Shown here in pieces: positions 1-7,222 of a stretch of DNA of 18,993 bases. The stretch comes from Oligoflexales bacterium (GTDB lineage Bacteria; Bdellovibrionota_B; Oligoflexia; Oligoflexales; RGVZ01), in the NCBI GenBank assembly GCA_044236265.1, contig JBIIGV010000055.1:1-18993 (forward strand). Direction: 5' to 3'. Within the stretch, counting starts at the first letter, position 1, and each line of letters starts with the position of its first letter. Both the position numbers and the translations under genes were made by a program. Under the pieces are notes generated by a model. The model saw only the letters and a list, made by a program, of their open reading frames with translations, did not search any database and had not been told where the DNA came from.

Positions 1-1
1 C

Positions 2-517
2 GATTTCTGGCAGCGTATTTCCTGGTTTTTGTCAAAAGTCATTCCAGAGGCTGAACGTCTGAAAATTCGCATGGCATGCCATCCTCAGGACCCGGGAACT
101 CCGCCGGGTGGACTTCATGGAGTCGTCAATGTTCTTGGTACTCCTGAAGGCTTGATGAAATTTCTTGATCTACAGGACAGTCCGTTTCACGGACTAAACC
201 TTTGTCTTGGAACAACTGCAGAGATGCTGACAGATCCTAGACGTGAGTTGCCTCCGCTTGTGGAGCAACTCGCAAAGCGAGGTCGAATATTTAATATTCA
301 CTACCGCAACATCCGAGGTCGTCGAGACGACTTCCAGGAGGTATTCGTTGACGAAGGTGATATTGATATGCCGCAAATCGTCCGCATTCTTATGAAGTAC
401 AATTATGATGGGATGCTAATGCCAGACCACGTTCCAAGTCATGGAAGTGATCCTGTGTCTTTGCAGGCCTTCGCTTATGCTATGGGCTATATCAAGGGCG
501 TTTTGCAATCCCTGTAG
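2..517 (+). CDS. uxuA: Mannonate dehydratase family protein, 5'-truncated by the window edge
   Basis: The frame is open from position 2 (DFWQRISWFLSKVIPEAE...). UxuA-type motifs are present: MACHPQDP, GLNLCLGT, IHYRNIRG, EVFVDEGDIDM, MPDHVP, AYAMGYIKG. Confidence 0.85.
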   Translation, partial: DFWQRISWFLSKVIPEAERLKIRMACHPQDPGTPPGGLHGVVNVLGTPEGLMKFLDLQDSPFHGLNLCLGTTAEMLTDPRRELPPLVEQLAKRGRIFNIHYRNIRGRRDDFQEVFVDEGDIDMPQIVRILMKYNYDGMLMPDHVPSHGSDPVSLQAFAYAMGYIKGVLQSL

Positions 518-550
518 TATCGGCTATGACTTTTACGATTATTTTGGGTA

Positions 551-566
551 GGTATAATTAATCCTG
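551..566 (+). repeat. 16-bp direct repeat, copy 1 (GGTATAATTAATCCTG), containing a TATAAT -10 hexamer
   Basis: 15/16 identical to 1983-1998 (GGTATAATTAATTCTG). TATAAT is at 553-558. Confidence 0.6.
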
Positions 567-661
567 ATTTGCGGTTTATCCTACCTGTTGTGAAAAATAG
601 AAATTAAGCTTCATTTGCTCTAAATTCTCGAAGCTTGGCCTGACTGGGGCTCAACTTATTA

Positions 662-688
662 TAAATTTATGCTCAAATTGACCGATTA
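662..688 (+). promoter_or_regulatory. Putative sigma-28 (FliA) promoter
   Basis: TAAA(662-665)-N15-ACCGATTA(681-688) versus consensus TAAA-N15-GCCGATAA. It lies just upstream of SD AAGGAGG and ATG 717. Confidence 0.6.
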
Positions 689-716
689 CCCCTGCCTATT
701 CATGAAGGAGGTTCCC

Positions 717-1124
717 ATGGGTTTAGAGGAAAAAAGGGCAATCAAGAGTTTTCAGGATTCGCAATATCCCGCGCTACTGAAAGAAATACAAGAATTCGTA
801 GCGTGTCCCGTGGAAGTAGATTGGGACTCGCTTGCTAAAGGTGAAGGAATGGATCCCCCTTATTGGGCTGAGGCGTTCGAGAAGGTGTACTTCCGATCGA
901 TCCTCGACGGTTTCAAGGAAATCGCAACGGATGATATGGGTAAAAACGCGATCAAATCTGGGGTGAAGAAAATCGAAATTTGTAACCGCAGTGATAACTG
1001 GGGGCGCTCTGCCGTTTCGTTTGAAGGCGGAGTTTTAAAGATTGATCATAAGCCTTTTACAAACGTAGATGATGTTAGTGAACGCTCAAATCAAGTCGCT
1101 GAACTGCTGTCTTCTGCACTATAA
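717..1124 (+). CDS. Hypothetical protein, 135 aa (MGLEEKRAIK...VEVDWDSL...DDMGKNAIK...LKIDH)
   Basis: Start moved from 669 to ATG 717 because a strong SD (AAGGAGG, 705-711) precedes it and the putative promoter overlaps 669. Soluble, with no motif I can name. Confidence 0.85.
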   Translation: MGLEEKRAIKSFQDSQYPALLKEIQEFVACPVEVDWDSLAKGEGMDPPYWAEAFEKVYFRSILDGFKEIATDDMGKNAIKSGVKKIEICNRSDNWGRSAVSFEGGVLKIDHKPFTNVDDVSERSNQVAELLSSAL

Positions 1125-1208
1125 ATTCAAATTGGGCGAGCTGCGAGACATCTCGTGGTTCGCCCGGTTATTATAAACACCTTAGTTCTTCGATTTTTGG
1201 GATGTGTG

Positions 1209-1871
1209 ATGAAAGCTTTCTCTTCGGCTGAATTATTGCGAATACTCTGCGCTGAGAAATTAGCCTTTGTTGATGCGCGTATTGCGCTGCATTCGAAGTC
1301 CGGCAACGTCTTTTCAGGTATTTTCATCGATGCGGTGCACGGGAATGGCCAGGGAACTATTTTATTGAAGTCCACAACCGGGGGCGATTTGCAATGGATT
1401 GCTCTGGAAGGATTAGAGAGTCTTTCGATCGGTCATCCAAATGATCAGCAGTTGGCGATTCTTAATAATCAGGATTTCGATCCGTTATCAGGACAATCGG
1501 AGCCTGGGCAGTTAGCGCTATCAAGAGAGATTCAAGCAGTAGAGGACAAGCTGAAGGAGTTAGTCTCTGGGGTGGTCAAAGTTGAGCTTTCGGCAGACAC
1601 TAACGATAGCGACGCAACTTATCGAACTTTGCAGAAGAACTCACTGCGCATGGTCATGTCTATGTTGCCTGATGTCATCAAAACTTTATTTAGTGATGAT
1701 TTCGCTAGGAAAGAGTTTTCTGGTCGGGTTGATGTCATCGTTCTTTCTCCGTCAGATAGCTGCAAGGTTGGAATTGATGCGCGAAAACTCAAAATTGAGT
1801 GTCCATGGAAAGACTCCTCAGTTCGCTGGACACAGCAAGCGTTAAAACAGTCTATCAATGACGCTTTCTAA
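1209..1871 (+). CDS. Hypothetical two-domain protein: possible Sm/LSm-like N-terminal domain plus a C-terminal domain resembling the upstream protein
   Basis: Long ORF (track start GTG 1155; ATG 1209 preferred, start uncertain). The C-terminal ~120 aa aligns by eye with the 717-1124 product. Confidence 0.75.
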   Translation: MKAFSSAELLRILCAEKLAFVDARIALHSKSGNVFSGIFIDAVHGNGQGTILLKSTTGGDLQWIALEGLESLSIGHPNDQQLAILNNQDFDPLSGQSEPGQLALSREIQAVEDKLKELVSGVVKVELSADTNDSDATYRTLQKNSLRMVMSMLPDVIKTLFSDDFARKEFSGRVDVIVLSPSDSCKVGIDARKLKIECPWKDSSVRWTQQALKQSINDAF

Positions 1872-1981
1872 TGCTCAGAATTTTCTTATCCACTAGTCCG
1901 CTATAGGCCTTGTTAAAGGTCTTCGCTTGGCTCAAAAATTTGAAATATTAAATCTGGTTCTTTTTATTCACGACAACCGAC

Positions 1982-1998
1982 TGGTATAATTAATTCTG
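1982..1998 (+). promoter_or_regulatory. Extended -10 sigma-70-type promoter (TGgTATAAT), overlapping direct repeat copy 2
   Basis: TG-N-TATAAT at 1982-1990, about 30 nt upstream of GTG 2022. Confidence 0.55.
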
Positions 1999-2021
1999 GA
2001 CACAGGATCGGGGGTAGTGCC

Positions 2022-3560
2022 GTGTGGATTTTATTTCGCTTGGTGATGACGTTCATCGGTGTCGGCTATCGTTTGTATGGAATGGGATTTTTGCGCACGG
2101 GATTTCAGTCTTATCCCGGCGATCTGTCAATAAACGTTGTCAATAAGCCTCCATCAAAGAGCGGGCAAAGAAAATCTATTGTATTCTTGAGGGTTAGATC
2201 CGGAGTTTTCTTTCGACTTGTCAAAGAAAACATATGGCTTAGCTACCTAAAGGCCGCTGGTTTTGATCGAGAGGTTCAGGTTGGCGCTAAGGAATTTGAC
2301 GAGGTTTTTTATATCGCCACTGAGAATGCTGGCGTCATCCAAAAACTTCGTGTTGATGCCGGATTTCGCGATGTGTTGTTAAAGTTGCATGCCGCGGGCT
2401 ATGAAAAAATCATTGGTGATGGATTTGGTCATATAAAACTTGAGAAGCCAAGTGACCATACGTATGAGACCGATGAGTTCTTGGCCCAGCTCTCGAGTTT
2501 AAAGCGCGGCGTCGAGTCAATTGAGCGGTCTTCATTCCTGGCCGAGCCATTTGTCCTAAAGGTTTTGATTCTAGAGCTCATCTGTTTTGCTATTTCTGGC
2601 TATGCAATTGCTTCATATGTGTCTCTAGAGATAGATGGAGGGCAAATTCATCTTGATCTTGAGGATTTGATTGCTAAGGGCTTCTTGACGGGACTTGCAC
2701 TCATAGCGACTTGGTATTTTTCTGTTTGGCTTTTTCTGCGTCGGTCCTCACGACTGCCGCTCATATTGTATGACTTTTCAATTCCGGTGTGTCTAACGGC
2801 TATAGTGAGCGGATTTCAATTGTTTTCAGATTTTAATCGCTCATTGGACATGACGCCGGTTTCCGTTGTTCAGGCAGCTCTGATTGAAAAACATTCGAAA
2901 GTTTTTGGCAGTGGTCGAAGGCGAAGGACGGAGTACAGGTTGAAGCTGAAATTTAAGGATGCTGAGGGGTTAATTCCCTCGCGTCTGAGCGTTTCCTCGT
3001 GGACATATAATGGCTTAACACAGGGCGAAGGCGTCGAATTTAGGGTGCGTCAGGGTTACTTCAATAGTCCCTACATTGAAGACATAAAGCCGGTGCCTCT
3101 GTCGTGGGAGGTTTCTTCGAACAATGGTGCTGTCTCGACGTTAGATATGAATCTTGCACAAAAATTAGCAAAATGGGAACCTTCGCAGGACTCTCAAGAG
3201 GCAGTTAATGGCGATGTAAGGTGGTCCACAGTCAAATACAGCAGTGGAAAGCTGAGGCAGAAGGAGCCTCTGATTAACGGCAGAAAAAACGGGCTTGCAT
3301 ACTACTGGTTTGAAAATGGAAAAGAATATGCCGTCATCCCGTGGTATGAGGATCAGAAGCACGGGCGCTACAGAACTCACACCAGCGATGGGGTTCTCGA
3401 GCAATCACTGTCCTTTAGGTACGACAAACCCCATGGATTGCTTTCATGGTACGGCAAGGATGGAAAAGTTTCGACGAGGGCCCTTTATGATAATGGAGTG
3501 CATGTTCAAGCGGATCAAAGCGTCCTGGATACCTTAGCTCGTGAGATAAACGAACCCTAG
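2022..3560 (+). CDS. Membrane protein with C-terminal MORN-variant (YwqK-like) repeats
   Basis: 512-aa ORF. It has a hydrophobic N-terminus, about three central TM segments (VLILELICFAISGYAIASYV, FLTGLALIATWYFSVWLFL, FSIPVCLTAIVSGFQLF) and C-terminal repeats NGRKNGLAYYWFENG / EDQKHGRYRTHTSDG / YDKPHGLLSWYGKDG. Confidence 0.8.
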   Translation: MWILFRLVMTFIGVGYRLYGMGFLRTGFQSYPGDLSINVVNKPPSKSGQRKSIVFLRVRSGVFFRLVKENIWLSYLKAAGFDREVQVGAKEFDEVFYIATENAGVIQKLRVDAGFRDVLLKLHAAGYEKIIGDGFGHIKLEKPSDHTYETDEFLAQLSSLKRGVESIERSSFLAEPFVLKVLILELICFAISGYAIASYVSLEIDGGQIHLDLEDLIAKGFLTGLALIATWYFSVWLFLRRSSRLPLILYDFSIPVCLTAIVSGFQLFSDFNRSLDMTPVSVVQAALIEKHSKVFGSGRRRRTEYRLKLKFKDAEGLIPSRLSVSSWTYNGLTQGEGVEFRVRQGYFNSPYIEDIKPVPLSWEVSSNNGAVSTLDMNLAQKLAKWEPSQDSQEAVNGDVRWSTVKYSSGKLRQKEPLINGRKNGLAYYWFENGKEYAVIPWYEDQKHGRYRTHTSDGVLEQSLSFRYDKPHGLLSWYGKDGKVSTRALYDNGVHVQADQSVLDTLAREINEP

Positions 3561-3624
3561 GCTAAACTCAAACGATCCACCAGGACGAAAGACTTGGTCT
3601 TGATAGCGAAGCGATGTGGCCCTA

Positions 3625-4776
3625 CTATTGGGCTGAAGATTTTTCAAAATCTGGTAGTTTATCGCCGGTAAATTGGTCTTCGATATCTTTCCAATTCCAA
3701 TTGTCATTTTTCGGTTTGTTTCCAAACGGTGAATCCTCCATTCCCGTATCACGATAACCCGTTGGACTGGTAGCTCGAGCTTCATAGCCAGCTTTTGTGT
3801 CCCAGTCTCGCAATAGCACGTTAATTTGTGCCTTGATCTCCCAGGCTGCGTCATAGCATGTGAACGTGTAATAGGGATGCCCAATACGGATTGTTCCTGG
3901 ACCAGCGTCGATATCGTAATTCATCGCATTAGGAATTCCGTCAACTGCAGGAGGCGCAGTGTGATCAGACGGATTAAAGTGATTAACGTTCCATACAATG
4001 CTGTGACGCGCTGAAACGATTGAGTCCGTTCCTTTGAGATCATAAGTGGCACTGCGCCCTTCGCCAGGGATGTAGTAATAGGTTCCTGTTGGGATACCTA
4101 GTGCAGTTTTAGGCTGACTGTCTACTGCAGGGCCGCCCAAGCATTGCTCTGCTGTGTGATTGACGCCAGTCGTTGCGAGAAGAAACCCATTTTCCTCTTT
4201 GCTCCATGTGTGACTCACAATATTGTATTTCCCAAGGCAACAGATCGGTTTGAGCTCCTCAGACAGGTGACACCCAAAATCGGTATTTGTCACGAGATCG
4301 GTTGTATTATCAATGGCACTACCAAAATCACCATTTTTATCTAAATAAGTGTGCAGTGTTGATGTTTGTAGTTTTGAGCGACGATTAACAAAGTAGTAGG
4401 GCATGACGCCGATGTATTCGCACATATTTTTAGGAACGTGGTAGTGAAGAGATACATCATGAGCTGCAAATCGCTGTTCTTCTCCCTCTACGTTACAAAA
4501 GATTTTCTCGCCCGCTTTGGCCTCGCATTTCTCCGAAAAGGCCGTTTCCCCTTTGTGAATGGAAAAGAGTTCTGCGTAATCGCCCCTTAGGGCGACAAAA
4601 AACCCAGCCGAGTCACTGACCGTTCCAGGCGCCGGATTCTCGGGTGTATTTTGTTGACTTGGTTTAGTGGGTGTTCCCCCGGAACCGCCCCCGCCTGAGC
4701 TCGATCCACTTTGACCGCATGCCGAGATGATTGTGGGCAAAACCAGACACAAAGATATGACAAAAGATGGCTTCAT
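3625..4776 (-). CDS. Cys-rich lipoprotein of unknown function
   Basis: Start moved to ATG 4776 (SD-like AGGTG upstream), giving the signal peptide MKPSFVISLCLVLPTIISA-C with a lipobox. A Gly/Ser/Pro tether and eight further Cys follow. Confidence 0.8.
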   Translation of the reverse strand: MKPSFVISLCLVLPTIISACGQSGSSSGGGGSGGTPTKPSQQNTPENPAPGTVSDSAGFFVALRGDYAELFSIHKGETAFSEKCEAKAGEKIFCNVEGEEQRFAAHDVSLHYHVPKNMCEYIGVMPYYFVNRRSKLQTSTLHTYLDKNGDFGSAIDNTTDLVTNTDFGCHLSEELKPICCLGKYNIVSHTWSKEENGFLLATTGVNHTAEQCLGGPAVDSQPKTALGIPTGTYYYIPGEGRSATYDLKGTDSIVSARHSIVWNVNHFNPSDHTAPPAVDGIPNAMNYDIDAGPGTIRIGHPYYTFTCYDAAWEIKAQINVLLRDWDTKAGYEARATSPTGYRDTGMEDSPFGNKPKNDNWNWKDIEDQFTGDKLPDFEKSSAQ

Positions 4777-5073
4777 AGTGACACCTGACCATATGGGAAC
4801 TTTTGATAAAAATGGAAACTCTGCCCTATATTGTACGGGGGATCTCAAAGCCCAGTCAACGCGGCCTACCTTCGGCTTAGAGGCACTTTTGGATTCCTGA
4901 TTTTAGTGGCGTCCTAGTTTCCGGTTTTAATTGGGGATAAATGCCTCAGTCGGTTAGTGGCTCTAAATTCAAAGAGTTGCGGCGGAAGTCTTATTTTTTA
5001 ATTTTTTCAAAAAACTATATTTACTCCCAGTAAATCAGATATTTATGCGTTTTTCTTTTTTCGGATGCGGTGC

Positions 5074-5101
5074 TAAAGTTCTGAGAGCTAAAATCCGATA
5101 A
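5074..5101 (+). promoter_or_regulatory. Putative sigma-28 (FliA) promoter
   Basis: TAAAGTTC(5074-5081)-N12-TCCGATAA(5094-5101) versus E. coli consensus TAAAGTTT-N11-GCCGATAA; the spacer is one base long. Confidence 0.6.
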
Positions 5102-5143
5102 ACCGTCATGGTTAGGCGAGTACTAATTGAGGTTACTCAGCGC

Positions 5144-6343
5144 GTGGCGCGACTTGCATGCGCAGTCGTTGTGACTTTTATAATTTTGTCTTGTTCAAAT
5201 GCTGAATTTTCCGGCCAGGGAAGAAAATCTGAAGGTACCGTTGAGGAACCAGCAGATGTTGCCGGAGGCTTCGGATTAGCGTGTGTGGCCTCGGACAAAC
5301 CAAGCTCTGTGGGTGATTATCTTATCGGGTGCGGATTTACCAAAACCGATGGTTCAAAACTTTCTCCATCGGATCGGTACGATTTTGAAGTCAAAGTTAA
5401 GCAAGATCAAACGGAATTGGCCATTCGTAAGGAGCCGGACGGTGAGAAATACACATTCGAATTTAACGCTGGAAAAGCCTCGGTAGCTCAAATTTCAATT
5501 GAAGCGAATGCCGTGGATAAAGGTAAAGCTGTCATCAAATCTATCGTCTTTGAATTGGCAAAAGCTTTGACATTACCGCCACTGTCTTCTGAATCTTTCA
5601 TCTCAAAGTGGAACACGGCCGCGTCCGGTGCTCCACTCGGATCCAGGAGCATAACACTGCCCTTGGAATCCGAAGGCGATTACGATTTTACTGTTGATTG
5701 GGGGGACGGAAGCACGAGCAAAATCTCTACTTGGGACGACCCTGCGAAAGTTCACGACTATCTGGCGCCGGGCGAATACACCGTCACTATTTCGGGTAAA
5801 ATGTACGGCTTCAATTTTAAAGGATACAGCCGGAATGAGGTTGTCAAGATTATTGAGATTATGCAATTTGGAAAATTGAGATTAGGAAATGGTACTTCTT
5901 ACTTTTCCGGTGCCTATAATTTAAAAATTACGGCTTCGGATGCTTTGGATCTAACTGGGACGACCAATTTATACTTTGCTTTTCAGGGCTGTCATAGCCT
6001 AGACGCAGTTCCAAGCATGGCAAAATGGAATACAGGTGATGTCATCAACATGGGTGGCCTGTTTCAGGATACCAGTAATTTTAATCAAGATATAAATTCT
6101 TGGAATGTGAGCAAGGTGACGTCGATGGCGCAGATGTTTTCGCGGTCAAGAAAGTTTGATCAACCCCTTAACCAATGGAACGTAGCGAAAGTGGGGGATA
6201 TGCAGTCTATGTTCGCCGATGCCAATTCATTTAATCAAAGTCTTGAGAGTTGGTCTGTAGGGGTCGCGACAAGTATGGACCACATGTTTGATAGGACCAC
6301 TAGTCTACGGTCGCTGCCAAGTTGGTACAAAGATGGTCCATGA
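5144..6343 (+). CDS. BspA-family/DUF285 repeat surface lipoprotein with a PKD-like domain
   Basis: GTG 5144 (SD GAGGT at 5129-5133) gives MARLACAVVVTFIILS-C with a lipobox; track start 5108 is an alternative. PKD-like FTVDWGDG...HDYLAPGEYTVTISG and repeats such as FNQDINSWNVSKVTSMAQMF are present. Confidence 0.85.
   Translation: MARLACAVVVTFIILSCSNAEFSGQGRKSEGTVEEPADVAGGFGLACVASDKPSSVGDYLIGCGFTKTDGSKLSPSDRYDFEVKVKQDQTELAIRKEPDGEKYTFEFNAGKASVAQISIEANAVDKGKAVIKSIVFELAKALTLPPLSSESFISKWNTAASGAPLGSRSITLPLESEGDYDFTVDWGDGSTSKISTWDDPAKVHDYLAPGEYTVTISGKMYGFNFKGYSRNEVVKIIEIMQFGKLRLGNGTSYFSGAYNLKITASDALDLTGTTNLYFAFQGCHSLDAVPSMAKWNTGDVINMGGLFQDTSNFNQDINSWNVSKVTSMAQMFSRSRKFDQPLNQWNVAKVGDMQSMFADANSFNQSLESWSVGVATSMDHMFDRTTSLRSLPSWYKDGP
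6026..6290 (+). repeat. DUF285/BspA-type 25-aa coding repeats (about 3.5 units)
   Basis: Trp codons at 6026, 6101, 6176 and 6251 give an exact 75-nt period with the pattern W-x-V/T-x-x-V/A-x-x-M-x-x-M/L-F. Confidence 0.85.
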
Positions 6344-6392
6344 CAAAAACTGAAGATGGTAGGACGCGCGCCTGGGTTTCCAACGCAATCGG

Positions 6393-6419
6393 TAAAGATC
6401 CATAAAAAGGCGCCGACTT
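6393..6419 (+). promoter_or_regulatory. Putative sigma-28 (FliA) promoter upstream of the suf operon
   Basis: TAAA(6393-6396)-N15-GCCGACTT(6412-6419), with canonical spacing, in the intergenic region. Confidence 0.45.
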
Positions 6420-6553
6420 AGAGCTAGTAAACCTGAGGTTCAGTCAGAGAGCTAAATTTTCAAATCGATATTCGTTGGAAATGGGGGTACGTGGGGTGTT
6501 CTGCCCCAAAGATATCCATAATTCCTAAAAATCTAGTTATTTCAGTAAGATAA

Positions 6554-6578
6554 AATCTTGAAACTTTTAGTCAGGATT
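6554..6578. promoter_or_regulatory. IscR/Rrf2-type operator (8-9-8 imperfect palindrome)
   Basis: AATCTTGA-aacttttag-TCAGGATT has 7/8 complementary arms and the 25-bp geometry of IscR type-1 sites. It is about 75 nt upstream of the rrf2 start. Confidence 0.7.
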
Positions 6579-6652
6579 ACGCTGAATCCTATTGCCAAAT
6601 GTTGACCTGGGAGCTAAACAATTGGCTTCGGTTCAGTTCAAGGAGATATCCC

Positions 6653-7222
6653 GTGAATCTAACGTCTCGAAGCCGTTATGCGCTCAAAATTATGATGGAT
6701 TTGGCCCGTTATGGGGCTGAGCAGCCACTTGTCAGGCGTAGTGAAATTGCGTCACGTCAGGGAATACCAACAGATTACCTGGATCAGATTATGGTTAAGC
6801 TGCGCGCCGGCAATTTGGTTGAAAGTATCCGAGGGCGAAGTGGGGGCTACAAACTGGCTCGCCCTGCTGATGAAATTTCCATGTGGGATCTTTTCTCCTC
6901 GGTCGAAGAAAGCATGATTCCAGTGGAGTGTATATCCTCCGGTCAGGCCTGTGATTTTGAGTCCAGTTGCTCATCGCGTGATGCTTGGTACTCCATCTAC
7001 GGCGCGCTTAAATCGAGTTTGAGTGGCATCAAGTTAGGAGCTTTAGCAAAGCGTTGGGTTGGAGAGGTTGAAAACGGAAATGTTTTAGCCGTTGAGCACC
7101 TTTGCGGGACGCCATCGGTTCAGGAATGTCGAAGTGGTGGACGTTGTGAGGCGGGTGAATTGGCTATGCATAATCGTCGCAAATCGACAGAAAATCTTAG
7201 CGGAGTAAGGCTCGATGGCTGA
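6653..7222 (+). CDS. Rrf2-family (IscR-like) Fe-S transcriptional regulator with a Cys-containing C-terminal extension
   Basis: GTG 6653 follows SD AAGGAG. Winged-helix motifs RYAL...[46 protein letters not shown] and a C-x6-C-x5-C triad are present. The ORF overlaps the sufB start. Confidence 0.92.
   Translation: MNLTSRSRYALKIMMDLARYGAEQPLVRRSEIASRQGIPTDYLDQIMVKLRAGNLVESIRGRSGGYKLARPADEISMWDLFSSVEESMIPVECISSGQACDFESSCSSRDAWYSIYGALKSSLSGIKLGALAKRWVGEVENGNVLAVEHLCGTPSVQECRSGGRCEAGELAMHNRRKSTENLSGVRLDG

Noticed and set aside
547..585. GGTAGGTATAA resembling a XerC arm (dif-like site), and an imperfect inverted repeat GGTAGG...CCTACC
   Set aside because: There is no XerD-like arm (TTATGTTAAAT) at the 6-bp spacing. 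The hairpin has a large loop and a poor U-tract, so I did not call it a terminator.
669..716. Longer N-termini given by the ORF track (669, and likewise 4848, 5108, 6599, 12030, 15955, 17037)
   Set aside because: Downstream starts fit better with SD spacing, signal-peptide length or the usual family N-terminus.
1905..1922. Hairpin AGGCCTT-gtta-AAGGTCT downstream of the two-gene module
   Set aside because: The stem is weak, with a G-U pair and no U-tract, so I cannot support it as a terminator.
6026..6290. 75-nt periodicity considered as a CRISPR-like or non-coding array
   Set aside because: The periodicity is at the protein level (DUF285 repeats). The DNA copies are degenerate and there are no cas genes.
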